Source: Myxococcota bacterium (GTDB taxonomy: Bacteria > Myxococcota_A > UBA796 > CAJQPC01). From it: a stretch of DNA of 64,000 bases. Location of the stretch: assembly GCA_036229005.1 (NCBI GenBank), contig JAZAMN010000020.1, forward strand, positions 64,001 through 128,000, read 5' to 3'. Both the position numbers and the translations under genes were made by a program. Shown piece after piece: positions 50,897 through 61,326 of the stretch (the first letter of the stretch is position 1; each line of letters starts with the position of its first letter). Below the pieces are notes generated by a model. It ran no database searches and was not told the DNA's origin. It was given only the letters and a program-made list of their open reading frames with translations.

Positions 50897-51499
50897 ATGC
50901 CCACCTCCCAGCAAGAATCCGCCGACGCGGTCGTCGCGCACCTGGTCTCCCTCCGCGGAGGCGCGCCCTTCCTCTCGTCCTCGGACAGCCGGCTGCTGCT
51001 GCTCTGGCTGAGCGAAGGGGTGCCCGTGCCCCTGCTGCTGCACGCCCTGGAGACCGAGGCCGAGCGGCGCCGCCAGAAGCGCCTGCGCACCCCCCTGTCC
51101 CTGGGCGCCGCCAAGAAGGCGGTGAAGCAGTGGAAGGGAGGAGAGCGCAAGACCCCCACGCCGCCAAAGGGAGGGATGGATCCGCTCGTGCGCGCGCTGC
51201 GCAAGCAGGACCCCACCACCTACGCCCAGATCTCCCGCGCACTGGAGGCACTCAGCGGCGCAGGCGAGGAGCTGGTGGAGCAGGCCCTGACCCTCACCCG
51301 TGGCTTCTTCGAGGACCAGTGGTCCCGCTGCGACCGCGGAGCGCTGATGGCCCAGGCCGACGAGGAGCTGGCCGGCCTGCGGGATCTGGTCCCCGAGCCG
51401 CGCTTCCAGCAGCTCCGCGAGGAGACCGCCCGGGACCTGCTGCGGCAACAGCACCCGCTGCTGTCGGCCACGGCCATCTGGGATACGGTGGGAGGGTGA
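50897..51499 (+). CDS. Hypothetical protein coupled to the DnaC-like ATPase
   Basis: 200-aa helical ORF; GTGA overlap with the downstream ATPase. Confidence 0.65.
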   Translation: MPTSQQESADAVVAHLVSLRGGAPFLSSSDSRLLLLWLSEGVPVPLLLHALETEAERRRQKRLRTPLSLGAAKKAVKQWKGGERKTPTPPKGGMDPLVRALRKQDPTTYAQISRALEALSGAGEELVEQALTLTRGFFEDQWSRCDRGALMAQADEELAGLRDLVPEPRFQQLREETARDLLRQQHPLLSATAIWDTVGG

Positions 51500-52335
51500 A
51501 CACCCTGGCCGATCCCAAGTGTCCCCACTGCGCCGGCGACGGCGTGGTCGTGCGCCCCTCTGACACCGGCGCCATCGCGTCCCTCTGCGACTGCCGCAGC
51601 ACCTGCCCCAAGTGCGATGGCCTGGGCCGCGTGCTGGTGGAGACCGAAGACGGCGCCCGCATGGCCCGCTGCTCCTGCCAGAAGCTGCCGGACCGCGTGG
51701 CCGTGTTCAACCGCGCCCTGCTGCCCTCCCGGCACGCCAGCAGCAGCTTCCGCACCTACGACCCCAACATGGGCTCCCGCCAGGCGCTGATGGCCTGCCA
51801 GGGCTGGGCGGCCTCCTACCAGAAGGGCAGCGACCGCAAGGGCCTGCTGCTCTGGGGAGACGTGGGCCGCGGCAAGACCCACCTGATGGTGGCCACCCTG
51901 CGCCACCTGGTGTTCGCCCACGGGCTGCGCGTGCGCTTTGTCGAGTTCACCCACCTGCTGGCCGAGCTGCGCGCAGGCATCGAGCAGCGCCGACGCGGCA
52001 ACGCGGCCCTGCTGACCTCGCTGCAGGACGTGGACGTGCTCGCCATCGACGAGCTGGGCAAGGGCCGCTGCACGGACTGGGAGATGAGCATCCTGGATGA
52101 CCTGATCTCCAGGGCCTACAACGGGATGCGTACGCTGGTCTGCGCGACCAACTTCAACCCCCACGGGCCGCCCAAGCAGGTGCAGTCCGACAACCTGGCG
52201 CTCCCGGAGGAGTACCGGGCCAACCTGGCGGATCGCGTGGGCCTCCGCATCCACAGCCGCCTGATGGAGATGACGGAGCCCCTGCCCGTGCGCGGCGAGG
52301 ACTACCGCATCGTGGGCACCCGCCGCCGGCGCTGA
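51496..52335 (+). CDS. DnaC/IstB-like AAA+ ATPase with N-terminal zinc fingers
   Basis: CPHC/CDC/CPKC/CSC, GDVGRGKTHL, LAIDELG, ATNF, RIHSRLMEM...GEDYR. Confidence 0.85.
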   Translation: MNTLADPKCPHCAGDGVVVRPSDTGAIASLCDCRSTCPKCDGLGRVLVETEDGARMARCSCQKLPDRVAVFNRALLPSRHASSSFRTYDPNMGSRQALMACQGWAASYQKGSDRKGLLLWGDVGRGKTHLMVATLRHLVFAHGLRVRFVEFTHLLAELRAGIEQRRRGNAALLTSLQDVDVLAIDELGKGRCTDWEMSILDDLISRAYNGMRTLVCATNFNPHGPPKQVQSDNLALPEEYRANLADRVGLRIHSRLMEMTEPLPVRGEDYRIVGTRRRR

Positions 52336-52359
52336 AGGCCGCCCCGCTCAGGCTCCCGC

Positions 52360-55300
52360 TCAGGGGATGGGCGGCAGCTCGGGAGGGGCCGTGGGGACCT
52401 CGCCGTCACCCCGGATGCGCTGGGGCTTGAGCTCGTGGGGCTGCTTTCCAGGGGTGAGCCGCAGAGTGGCGGGCTTCTTGGCCTCCTCTTCCTCCTGCTC
52501 CCCGTCCTGCTCATCCTGGTCGTCGGCGTTCTCGGGCTCGTCGTCGTCGTCGAGCACAGGGGCGCGATCGACCGGGGGCTTGTAGCGCTTGTCCTTGCCC
52601 TGGATCCCCAGGCGGATGTCGCGGGCCTCTTCCGCCTTCTTGCGGACGTGGGAGAGGCTGGGGTCGCAGATCAGGGCGTCCCGCCAGGCGGCATAGGCGG
52701 CCTCGGCGTCCTCCTGGGCCCACGCGGCGTCTCCCTGGGCGACCAGCTCCTGGGCCAGGGGCTCGGCGACCTGCCGCACGCGCTCCTCGTTGTGGTCGAA
52801 CCAGCGGGCCTCCTGGATCGCGGCGACGGCCTGGTCCTGGGAGTCGGCCTGGGCGGCGCGCTCGGCCCAGCAGCGGGCCACGGCGGCGTTGAGCTCGGGC
52901 TCTGCGTCCTCGCGCCAGTCGGGGTCGTCCCAGACGTGGTAGCGCGCCTGCCGCCACAGCTCGAAGCCCGCCCCACAGTCACCAGCCTGGGCGGCGCCGA
53001 GGGCCTTCTCCAGCGCGCGCTCGGCCTGCTCGGTGGCCTGGTCGCGAGAGACGATGTGGACGGCGTCGGGGAACTGGAAGCTGCCCTCCAGCGCGCCGGG
53101 CTCCGCGCCCTTGGGGAGCGCGGTGGGGGCGATGACCTGTCCGGTGGCGGCATCGAGCACCCAGAAGCCCAGCGCGTAGTCGCCCTCAGGCAGGTCGGCC
53201 GGCAGGGCGAAGTCCATGCGGGTGCGCACGTGGTCCGCGGCCTTCCAGTCCTGGGTGGGGATGTAGCCGTAGGCGGGAGGGAGCTGGGCCAGGTGGCGGT
53301 TGCCCTGGCCGTCATCGAGCACGGCGTAGACCTGGAGGTCGTCGTCTCGGAAGCCAGCGCGCAGCCAGTACTCGACGAAGAGGCGGCCGCCCTGGGGGAC
53401 AGCCGGCGCGGGCATGTGCCAGCCCTCGAAGCTCAGCTCGCCGTCCAGCGCCACGCGGCGGCCGGCGGGGCCCTCGTACTCGGGGCGCATGATGACGTCG
53501 CGCCGGACGTGGTTGCCGATGTGCAGGGCGACCTTGCCGGTGGGGTAGCCGGGGACCTCGATGTAGTTGTCCCGCCACGCGGGCAGGCTGGCGACCTTGG
53601 TCTTGCGGGCCCAGCCGGCGTGCTGGTGGGCGAAGGTCGGGGTGTTCTCTTCGAACACGTACTCGGTGATGAAGGGCTTCTGGTAGATGTGGCGGGCCAT
53701 GGGCACGTCCACCAGGCCGGCGACGTCCACGATGCGCCAGTCCGAGAAGTACATGTGGGCGCCCATGTCCACGTCGAAGAGGACGACCCGGTCGATGTGC
53801 ATGCGGTCCTGGACGCGCTGCATGTAGATCACGCGCTGGTGCACGTCGTTGACCGAGGTCACGGGCTTGCCGGCGGTGTGCACGAGCTGCCAGACGTTGG
53901 GGATCCAGAGGACCAGCAGCAGCGGCGCCCCCCAGGCCACGCGCACCCAGGTGAAGCGGCCACCGGGCAGGCTGCGCAGCAGCTCGGCCGCGCCCACGGA
54001 GAGCAGGACCAGGACGGGGATGATGACGTAGGAGACGAAGCGCCACTGGGACATCCAGTCGCCGCCGCTGTAGAGCACGAAGAAGCCGCCCACCAGGCTC
54101 ATGGCGCCGAGCATCCCGCGGGCCGCGCCGTCGCGCTCCAGGTGCACGAACAGGGACAGGACCAGCACCGCGCCGCCGCCCGCCATCAGGCCCTTGGGCA
54201 GGTAGGGGGGGACGGTCTCGGGCAGGCCAAAGGCGCCAACCAGCAGGGCCCCGAGGCCGATGAGCGCGACGCCCAGCCGGGACTGCATGGCCTGCTTGGA
54301 GGCCATCAGCAGGCTCACGCCCCCGACGGCCAGCACCGCGGTCACCCGGGAGCGATCCCAGTGGCGCTGGAGCCAGGCCAGCCAGTCGGGGTCGAAGCCC
54401 TCGGGCAGGCCATCCCGGCCGTTCCACAGCACGAACACGCCCAGCACCAGGGTGCCCAGGGCGATGACCCACTTGCGCCAGTCCTTCATGGTGGACAGGC
54501 CCAGGCCGATCAGCGGGGCGAACATGCCCAGGTGGTAGGCGCGCAGGTAGTCGCGCAGGTAGTCCCAGCCCCGGGTGGTCCACCGCCAGGGCTGGAAGCG
54601 GTTCTCCCCGTCCATCTTGGCGTAGTAGGTGTTGGGGAAGGGCCACGCAAAGTAGCTGTAGCGCCAGGCCTGGAAGAGGATGTAGGGCACAAAGAACACG
54701 GCCAGCCACAGGCCGACCTTGCGCACCACGCGCTGCTCATCACGGATAGCCAGGACCAGCATGAAGAAGCCGGCCACGGCGCCGTAGACGATGCCCTCGG
54801 GGCGGGTGGCGGCCAGGCCCAAGAAGGCCAGCGCGGACAGCGGGAAGCGCTCCCGGTCCCCCCGCGCCTCCAGCAGGGTGCGCCAGATGCCGGTGAGGAG
54901 CAGGATGGAGAAGAGGCTGTTCTCCAGGCCCGAGGCGTGCCAGGCGGAGACGGTCGTACTGGTGGCGACGAGCAGCGGGGCCAGCAGCACCAGGTGGTCA
55001 TCTTCCTGGGGGCGGGCCTCCTTGGCCAGCGCGTAGGACAGGGGCAGGCAGGCGAGGCCAAAGACGGCGCCCATGAGCTTGGCGCTCACGAAGCCGTTGA
55101 TCCCGACCAGGTACCCCAGGGCCATCAGGAAGGTCCAGAGGGGGTTGGAGAAGCCCTCCACCCGCTCGCCGCCCGCGTAGGTCACCCAGCCCTCTCCGGC
55201 CGCTGCGTTGCGCGCGTAGGCCATGGAGATGCCGGCGTCCTCGACAAAGTAGGTGCCGTAGTAGGCGAAGGTCCCCAGCATGAACAGGGACATCAGCCCC

Positions 55301-55410
55301 ATGGCGTAGACGTGCTGCCGCTCTCGCAGGGACAGCCGCCCCCACGCCCGCACGAATGGAGCGCCCACGAAGGACACGATGCGCTTGAATCGGGAGGGGC
55401 TCTGGGACAT
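52360..55410 (-). CDS. Large polytopic GT-C-type glycosyltransferase-like membrane protein
   Basis: EDAGISMAYARN..G.G....GGERVEGFSNPLW, SGLE, TRPEG, PNTYYAK, GGDWM...RF, IVDVAGLVD. Confidence 0.78.
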   Translation of the reverse strand: MSQSPSRFKRIVSFVGAPFVRAWGRLSLRERQHVYAMGLMSLFMLGTFAYYGTYFVEDAGISMAYARNAAAGEGWVTYAGGERVEGFSNPLWTFLMALGYLVGINGFVSAKLMGAVFGLACLPLSYALAKEARPQEDDHLVLLAPLLVATSTTVSAWHASGLENSLFSILLLTGIWRTLLEARGDRERFPLSALAFLGLAATRPEGIVYGAVAGFFMLVLAIRDEQRVVRKVGLWLAVFFVPYILFQAWRYSYFAWPFPNTYYAKMDGENRFQPWRWTTRGWDYLRDYLRAYHLGMFAPLIGLGLSTMKDWRKWVIALGTLVLGVFVLWNGRDGLPEGFDPDWLAWLQRHWDRSRVTAVLAVGGVSLLMASKQAMQSRLGVALIGLGALLVGAFGLPETVPPYLPKGLMAGGGAVLVLSLFVHLERDGAARGMLGAMSLVGGFFVLYSGGDWMSQWRFVSYVIIPVLVLLSVGAAELLRSLPGGRFTWVRVAWGAPLLLVLWIPNVWQLVHTAGKPVTSVNDVHQRVIYMQRVQDRMHIDRVVLFDVDMGAHMYFSDWRIVDVAGLVDVPMARHIYQKPFITEYVFEENTPTFAHQHAGWARKTKVASLPAWRDNYIEVPGYPTGKVALHIGNHVRRDVIMRPEYEGPAGRRVALDGELSFEGWHMPAPAVPQGGRLFVEYWLRAGFRDDDLQVYAVLDDGQGNRHLAQLPPAYGYIPTQDWKAADHVRTRMDFALPADLPEGDYALGFWVLDAATGQVIAPTALPKGAEPGALEGSFQFPDAVHIVSRDQATEQAERALEKALGAAQAGDCGAGFELWRQARYHVWDDPDWREDAEPELNAAVARCWAERAAQADSQDQAVAAIQEARWFDHNEERVRQVAEPLAQELVAQGDAAWAQEDAEAAYAAWRDALICDPSLSHVRKKAEEARDIRLGIQGKDKRYKPPVDRAPVLDDDDEPENADDQDEQDGEQEEEEAKKPATLRLTPGKQPHELKPQRIRGDGEVPTAPPELPPIP

Positions 55411-55455
55411 GTCCTGCGCCCTTAACGCGCCTGCAGGCGGGGGAAAGCGCGCTCG

Positions 55456-55827
55456 TCAGCGACGACGGCGGCGGCTGCGTTGGGTCGGCGTCTGCCCCAC
55501 CCGGTCGGGGTGCTTGAGGCGGTCGCGGGCGCGCAGCGTGGCCCGGCGCATGTGCCGCTGCCGGATGCGGGCGAGCAGCTCATCCAGCTCGGCCTCCCAG
55601 GCGCGCGGCGCGTTGAGGCAGAGCAGCCGCGCGGCCCGACGGGCCTTGAGGATCTCCGGGTCATCGCTCTCCCCCCCAAGCAGCCCCACCACCCGCGCCG
55701 CGAGCTGCGGCCGGCCCGCCCGGAGGCAGGCCTTGACCGCCTCTCCGAGCCTCTCGTCGTCCAACTCCCGCAGGCCGCTGAGCCACTGCTCTTCGGCCTC
55801 GGGGGCGCGGGCAGGGAGCTCCGCCAC
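55456..55827 (-). CDS. Hypothetical protein downstream of PspA
   Basis: GTG directly after the PspA stop; helical, basic tail. Confidence 0.6.
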   Translation of the reverse strand: MAELPARAPEAEEQWLSGLRELDDERLGEAVKACLRAGRPQLAARVVGLLGGESDDPEILKARRAARLLCLNAPRAWEAELDELLARIRQRHMRRATLRARDRLKHPDRVGQTPTQRSRRRRR

Positions 55828-56550
55828 CTACATGGTCTTCTTGACGCCGCCGGCCGCCTGGCCCTGCGCCGACTTGCGCGCTGCCATCTGCTTCTTGAGC
55901 TCGGCAAGCTGGGACTGCGCGGCCGCGTTCGCGGTCTTCTTCTTGATCTTGGCGAGCTTGTCGTCCAGGGACTCGCCCTTGATCTCCGCGCCCACGTCCG
56001 CCTGGGCCTGGAGCTTGTCGACGTGCTCGCGCACGTTCTCCAGGGCCTTGATGTCGGCGTCGGTGCTCAGCCCGTCCAGGGTCTCCTGGATGGAGATGCG
56101 CGCCTCGGCGTTGGCCTTCTTGGCCAGCACCTCGTTCTTCTCGCGCTTGAGCTTCTCGATCTCCGCCTGGAAGGCGACCAGGCCGCTCTTGGCCTCTTCG
56201 GCCTGGGTGGCGACCTTCTCCATCTCGACGGAGAGGGAGGCGATCTTGGCGGTCAGCTCGTCCTTCTTCTGGATCAGGACCAGAGCGACGTCGTCCTCGC
56301 CCTCCTCGACCGCGACGGGGATCTGGATCTGGACCTCGGCCAGCTCCTTCTCGGCCTGCTCGAGCTCCGCGCCCAGCTTGTTGCGCAGGTAGACGATGCC
56401 GGAGACCGCCTTCTTGAGCTCGCGGTGCTTCTTGATCCGCTCCTCGATGGCGGCCTCGTAGACCGCCTCGGGGTTCTTCTGCTCGACTTCCGAGACCCAA
56501 AGCGAGATGAAGCCCTTCCAGACGTTCGCGATACGATCGAACAGACCCAT
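55828..56550 (-). CDS. PspA/IM30 family protein
   Basis: MGLFDRIANVWKG amphipathic N-terminus, NPEAVYE, long coiled coil, LAELKKQM. Confidence 0.9.
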   Translation of the reverse strand: MGLFDRIANVWKGFISLWVSEVEQKNPEAVYEAAIEERIKKHRELKKAVSGIVYLRNKLGAELEQAEKELAEVQIQIPVAVEEGEDDVALVLIQKKDELTAKIASLSVEMEKVATQAEEAKSGLVAFQAEIEKLKREKNEVLAKKANAEARISIQETLDGLSTDADIKALENVREHVDKLQAQADVGAEIKGESLDDKLAKIKKKTANAAAQSQLAELKKQMAARKSAQGQAAGGVKKTM

Positions 56551-56689
56551 TTGGGAGACCCTTTTCTGCGGGTTTTTGCGCGCCAGCCCCCGCGAGAAGT
56601 TCGGCGGGATCGTCGCTTTCCTATGCCCTGAGACTACTGGGTTTGGGGGGCCGTCGCAAGGCTCTGGAGCTACGCGCGCCCGCGCTCGG

Positions 56690-57043
56690 CTATTGCGATC
56701 CCAGGCGCGCGAGCCAGAGACCTGAAAGACCTCCGAGCAGGCAGAGCACCAGGGTCCCGACCACGTTCAGGGCGGCCATCCCGTGGCTCCCGGTCTCCCA
56801 GAGCCGCAGGGTGTCGTGGTTGAAGGTCGAGTAGGTCGTGAAGCCCCCCATCAGCCCGGTGCCCACCAGCAGCTTGACGCGGGGATCGGCTGAGATGCTG
56901 TGGGCCATCAGGAAGGCCAGCGCGCAGCTCCCCAGCAGGTTCACGGCCCAGGTCCCCCAATGCCCGGGGAGGAGCAGGGAGACGCCGTAGCGCAGGCTGG
57001 CCCCCAGGCCGCCTCCGACGAACACCAGCAAGAGCTTCTGCAC
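56690..57043 (-). CDS. crcB: Fluoride efflux channel CrcB/Fluc
   Basis: GGGLGASLRY, GTWAVNLLGS, TGLMGGFTTYSTF; GTG 57043 after AAGGAGG. Confidence 0.92.
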   Translation of the reverse strand: MQKLLLVFVGGGLGASLRYGVSLLLPGHWGTWAVNLLGSCALAFLMAHSISADPRVKLLVGTGLMGGFTTYSTFNHDTLRLWETGSHGMAALNVVGTLVLCLLGGLSGLWLARLGSQ

Positions 57044-57081
57044 GCGCGCCTCCTTGGCCATGCTCGGGTTAGCCTGCCACG

Positions 57082-57525
57082 ATGAACCCGATCCTGCTCG
57101 CTGGCCTGCTCGCGGCCCACGCCCAGACGTCCCCTCCCCTGCCTCTGGTGGAGGCCCGCGCGGGGGGCGACTTCATGGCCTATCCCGGTCAGACCGTGGA
57201 GCTGGCGGGGAGCTCCGCGGGTGGAGGAGAAGAGGTGAGCTACGCGTGGGTGCGGCGCTCCGGTCCCCCAGCGGAGCTGGACGACCCGAGCTCCGCGACA
57301 CCCAGGTTCACCCCCCAGGAGCCTGGCTCGTATGTCTGGGAGTTGACCGCCACCTCCGGCGGCGAAGCGAGCCTCCCAGACGAGGTCACCGTGGTGATCG
57401 TGCGCACGGACACCTCGGAGATGACCCCCAGTAGCTGCAGCGTGGCGGCGGGCAGCCGCCTCGCCGGCGGCGCCTGGGGCCTGCTGGGCGCGCTGGCGCT
57501 GCTGCGCCGGCGCCGCAGGCGCTGA
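57082..57525 (+). CDS. PKD-like domain protein with MYXO-CTERM-like anchor
   Basis: Signal peptide; ARAGGD...GQTVELAGSSA...SYAW...GP; SCSVA plus TM and RRRRRR. Confidence 0.72.
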   Translation: MNPILLAGLLAAHAQTSPPLPLVEARAGGDFMAYPGQTVELAGSSAGGGEEVSYAWVRRSGPPAELDDPSSATPRFTPQEPGSYVWELTATSGGEASLPDEVTVVIVRTDTSEMTPSSCSVAAGSRLAGGAWGLLGALALLRRRRRR

Positions 57526-57546
57526 CCGCCCCCAGAGGAGCCCCCC

Positions 57547-58308
57547 ATGGATGAGATGGACCTGCGCCGCGAGCTCCCCATGGAGGCCCAGCTCGACCTG
57601 GGCCAGCTCCGCGAGCTGGACCGCTTGCAGACGGCGCTGGTGCGCATGCAGGGCAAGATGGCTCAGGACGGCCGGCGCCTGGTCGTGCTGTTCGAGGGCC
57701 GGGACACCGCCGGCAAAGGCGGCGCCATCCTGCGCTTCCTGCGCTACCTGGACCCGCGCCGTGCGCGCGTGGTGGCCCTGCCCAAGCCCAGCGAGCGAGA
57801 GCGCGGCCAGTGGTACTTCCAGCGCTACATCCAGCACCTGCCCACCACGAGCGAGATGGTGCTGTTCGACCGGAGCTGGTACACGCGCGCGGTGGTGGAG
57901 CCCGCCCTGGGCTTCTGCACGGAGGCCGAGCTGGAGCGCTTCCTGGTGCAGGCGCCACGCTTTGAGCAGATGCTCCAGGAGGACGGGATCCACCTGATCA
58001 AGCTGTGGTTCTCCATCACCAAGGAGACCCAGCAGCAGCGCCTGCTGGAGCGCCAGAGCGACCCCCGCAAGACCTGGAAGCTCAGCCCGGTGGACCGGCT
58101 GGCCCAGGACGCCTGGGACCGCTTCACGGTCTACAAGCAGCAGATGTTCGCGCAGACCTCCACGCCGCAGTCGCCGTGGAACATCGTGCTGGGCGAGGAC
58201 AAGTACCGCGCGCGCACCGAGGCGATGCGCGTCGTCCTGGAGGCCATGGGCCACCAGGAGCCAGGGCTGCGGACCACACCCGACCCCCAGGTGGTGACGC
58301 GGGCCTGA
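57547..58308 (+). CDS. ppk2: Polyphosphate kinase 2
   Basis: FEGRDTAGKGG, QWYFQRY, FDRSWY, WKLSPVD. Confidence 0.93.
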   Translation: MDEMDLRRELPMEAQLDLGQLRELDRLQTALVRMQGKMAQDGRRLVVLFEGRDTAGKGGAILRFLRYLDPRRARVVALPKPSERERGQWYFQRYIQHLPTTSEMVLFDRSWYTRAVVEPALGFCTEAELERFLVQAPRFEQMLQEDGIHLIKLWFSITKETQQQRLLERQSDPRKTWKLSPVDRLAQDAWDRFTVYKQQMFAQTSTPQSPWNIVLGEDKYRARTEAMRVVLEAMGHQEPGLRTTPDPQVVTRA

Positions 58309-58314
58309 CTTCGG

Positions 58315-60114
58315 TCAGGGACAGCGGACCGCGCCCGCGTCCTCCCGGAAGAGCCAGCGGGCGTCAGCCTCTGGCGTCAGCACGCAGCTCCCCCCGCTGT
58401 TGTTGGGGAAGCTGACCCGCACGGTCACCGCCTGCCCAGCGGGAAGCTCCAGGCTGCCGGGGGCCTGAACGCTGATGCCCCCCACGCGCAGGGTCGCGCC
58501 GGCAGGCACGGACGCCACCCGGACGCTGACGGGCGGGTCCATGACCGCATCTTCGGTCTCGGGGGCGGGCTCGATGTCGCGCTCGGGGATGGGCTCCCGG
58601 GGGGTCTCTGCGAGCTCCACGGGGGGCGGAGGGGGCTCTTCGGGCTCGGTGGCGGGCTCCGGGGCCGCAGGCTCCGCGGCCGCGTGCTGGGCCAGGGTGT
58701 CCTCGTCTGCGGGCGGATCGGCGGGGGTGGTGTCCGCTGCGGGAGCCGGAGGGGTGGGGTCGGCGGGCGCGGGCGCCGGGATCTGCTCCTCCACCTGCTG
58801 GAGCTCAGGAGTCTGGATGGGCTCGGGGACGGGCTCCTTGTCCTTGAGCATCATCATCAGGATGCCGCCGGCGAAGGCCAGACCCAGAGCGATGCCCAGG
58901 CCACCAAAGAGCAGGAAGCGACCGACGCCGGGGCCCTGCTCGTCTTCGGGGGTGGGGGGGAGCACGGGCTCGGGGCGGCGGCGCACAGCAGGCGGCGTGG
59001 GCTGGGAGACCGGCGGGGTGGGCTCGACCTTGGGCTCGGTCTGGGGCTTTGCGGCGCTGTCGGCCCCGCTCCAGGCGTCGGAGGCGCGCTCGCTGCGGTC
59101 GATGTCCCGCAGACCGGAGCGGCCAAGGGTGGCCTCGAGGGGGGCGGGCTCCTGAAGCTCGCGGGCGTTGTAGAGGGGCTCGACGCTGACCTGGGCGTAC
59201 TGGTCCACGGTCACGGTGCCGCGGGGCAGGCGCTTGAGGAACTCCGAGCAGAGGCGGCGCATGTCGGAGGCGGTGGGCCGGCGCTTGGCCTCGTAGCGCA
59301 TGCAGCGGCCGATCAGGTTGCGCAGGGCGCGCAGGGCGGGGTGGCCCTCCGGGAACTCGGCGGGCTGGAGGGCGGCGAGGCGCTCTTCGAGCTTGGCGGC
59401 GTGCTTGGTGGGGCTCACGCTGAGGCGGCCCAGGGGTACGCCGGCGATCAGCTCGTAGAGGGTGGCGCCCAGGGCGTACATGTCGACGGTGGGGTCGGCC
59501 TCGGCGCCGTCGAAGCACTCGGGGGCCATGTAGAGGGGCGAGCCGAGGGTGAGGGCGGAGGTGTGCGCGCCCCGCTCGCCGAACTCGGCGCGGGCGGTGC
59601 CGAAGTCCAGCACCTTGACGCCGCCGGAGACGGACAGGATGATGTTGGAGGGCTTGATGTCGCGGTGCACCACGCGCAGCGGCTCGCGGGAGCCGGGGGG
59701 GCGCTGGTTGAAGGCGGCGTCCAGGGCGGAGGACACCTTGGCGGCGATGGCCACGGCCACGCTGACGGGCAGCGGACCGACGCCCTTGAGGATGCGGTCC
59801 AGCGTGAGGCCCTGGACGTGCTCCATGACGACCGCGGGGCGGCCGTCGATCTCGGTGAGCTGCTCGACCCGCACGATGTTGTCGTGGTTGAGGCGCGCGA
59901 GCAGGGCGGCCTCGTCCCGGGAGCGGATGAGGATCTCGGGGTGCTCGGCCCACTCGGACTTGAGGACCTTGAGCACGACGGTGCGCTGGATGGCGCCTTC
60001 CGAGATCAGGGCGACGTAGACGGCACCGAAGCTGCCTTCGCCCAGAGTCTCCAGGATTTCAGTGTTGGGGGGTAGGGCCACGGACCACGCAGGGGAGGAC
60101 CCGAACGGTAGCAC
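58315..60114 (-). CDS. Membrane Ser/Thr protein kinase with Pro-rich linker and PEGA-like C-terminus
   Basis: LGEGSFG, VLK, HRDIKPSN, DFG, YMAPE, TM, VRVASVPAGATL. Confidence 0.92.
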   Translation of the reverse strand: MLPFGSSPAWSVALPPNTEILETLGEGSFGAVYVALISEGAIQRTVVLKVLKSEWAEHPEILIRSRDEAALLARLNHDNIVRVEQLTEIDGRPAVVMEHVQGLTLDRILKGVGPLPVSVAVAIAAKVSSALDAAFNQRPPGSREPLRVVHRDIKPSNIILSVSGGVKVLDFGTARAEFGERGAHTSALTLGSPLYMAPECFDGAEADPTVDMYALGATLYELIAGVPLGRLSVSPTKHAAKLEERLAALQPAEFPEGHPALRALRNLIGRCMRYEAKRRPTASDMRRLCSEFLKRLPRGTVTVDQYAQVSVEPLYNARELQEPAPLEATLGRSGLRDIDRSERASDAWSGADSAAKPQTEPKVEPTPPVSQPTPPAVRRRPEPVLPPTPEDEQGPGVGRFLLFGGLGIALGLAFAGGILMMMLKDKEPVPEPIQTPELQQVEEQIPAPAPADPTPPAPAADTTPADPPADEDTLAQHAAAEPAAPEPATEPEEPPPPPVELAETPREPIPERDIEPAPETEDAVMDPPVSVRVASVPAGATLRVGGISVQAPGSLELPAGQAVTVRVSFPNNSGGSCVLTPEADARWLFREDAGAVRCP

Positions 60115-60156
60115 GGACGTCGGCTCAGCCGAATGACGGCGTGTTTCAGCGCCGTG

Positions 60157-61326
60157 TCAGATGCCCAGGCTGCCTCCTACACCCACCTGCGCCCAGCTCA
60201 GGCTGTCCCCTTGGTTCCCGCGGAAGGTGTTCGCGCTGGCGCCAACCCACAGGGGCACGGCGCTGACGCCGGGGAGGCTGACCCGAGTCCCCAGGCGCGC
60301 CCCGACTCCGGTCTGCAGGCCCTCCAGGGCGAGGCTGAGGGCGAGGGCATCGCTGGCCTGGAGGCCCAGGAGCAGGCTGCCACCGAAGGCGAAATCGGGC
60401 TCGAAGGTGGGCGCGCTGCTGTCCCCGTCGCTGGTGGGGCGGCTGGCGCCAGCGACCAGGACGGCGGGGGCCAGGTGGAGGCGCTTGCCCTGGGTCTGCT
60501 GCCAGCCGCCGCCGACGGCGACGCGGTTGCTGCCGCCGGAGTGGCTGCCGGTGGCCCAGGGGATGAGGTTGGCGTCCGCGCGCAGGTGCCAGGTGCCGGT
60601 GCTGTGCAGGCCGACGGAGAGCGCCGGGGCGCCGATGAGCCCGCTCCACACGGTGGTGGGGGTGGTGTAGCTGGCGTGGCCGATCTGGTAGGCGAGGCCG
60701 GCGTTCAGCACCAGGGTGACCTCGCTTGGGGATGCGGGGGTCGAGGTGTTGGTCTGGGGCGGGGGCGGTGGCGGTGTGGCCCCGACCGCGTGCACCTGGA
60801 TCCGCTCCCTCCCCCCCGGGCCGAGCTGGAGGACGCGGGTGGTCCAGGCGCCGTCGTCGCCCATCCACTGGACGATGTGCCAGCCGGCGGCGACCTGCTG
60901 GGGGCCGGTGTCGTAGTGGATCTGGCCGTCCACGAAGAGCACGGCGGGGGCGGGCTGGAAGTCCAGGTCCAGGTAGGCGGTCTCGGTGGGCGCGGCGGCG
61001 GCGAGGGCCTGGGCGAACTGGGGGCCGTAGTCGGGGTCGGGGGGCTCGCCGAGGATGGCGGCGCGCTGGAGGTGGTCCTTGGGGTCCTGCCCCAGGAAGA
61101 GGGCGTAGGCGGCCTGGCTCTGCATGAGCCGCGCGAGGTCCACCCGGTCGACGGGGCCGTCCAGGCAGGGGAGCAGGGCTTCGAGGCGGGCGAGCTCGTC
61201 GGCGGCAGCGGGCTCACCGAAGAGCACGCCCTCCTTGACCTGGTCCAGGCGGGCGCTGAAGGCATCGGGGCTCAGGGGCGCAGTGCACTCCTGGGCCTGC
61301 GCGGCGCTGAGGAGGAGCAACAGCAC
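60157..61326 (-). CDS. Secreted hypothetical protein (helical N-terminus, PEGA-like middle, beta-rich C-terminus)
   Basis: Signal peptide [20 protein letters not shown]...GWHIVQW; alternating beta strands at the C-terminus. Confidence 0.65.
   Translation of the reverse strand: MLLLLLSAAQAQECTAPLSPDAFSARLDQVKEGVLFGEPAAADELARLEALLPCLDGPVDRVDLARLMQSQAAYALFLGQDPKDHLQRAAILGEPPDPDYGPQFAQALAAAAPTETAYLDLDFQPAPAVLFVDGQIHYDTGPQQVAAGWHIVQWMGDDGAWTTRVLQLGPGGRERIQVHAVGATPPPPPPQTNTSTPASPSEVTLVLNAGLAYQIGHASYTTPTTVWSGLIGAPALSVGLHSTGTWHLRADANLIPWATGSHSGGSNRVAVGGGWQQTQGKRLHLAPAVLVAGASRPTSDGDSSAPTFEPDFAFGGSLLLGLQASDALALSLALEGLQTGVGARLGTRVSLPGVSAVPLWVGASANTFRGNQGDSLSWAQVGVGGSLGI

Noticed and set aside
51496..52335. 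IS21 element (istB)
   Set aside because: No istA DDE transposase or terminal inverted repeats; the upstream ORF lacks transposase motifs.
56666..56690. Single GGAGCTACG motif downstream of crcB
   Set aside because: Isolated 9-mer with no 31-bp periodicity or inverted partner.
57044..57081. Fluoride riboswitch upstream of crcB
   Set aside because: Only about 38 nt before the divergent gene and no recognisable consensus.
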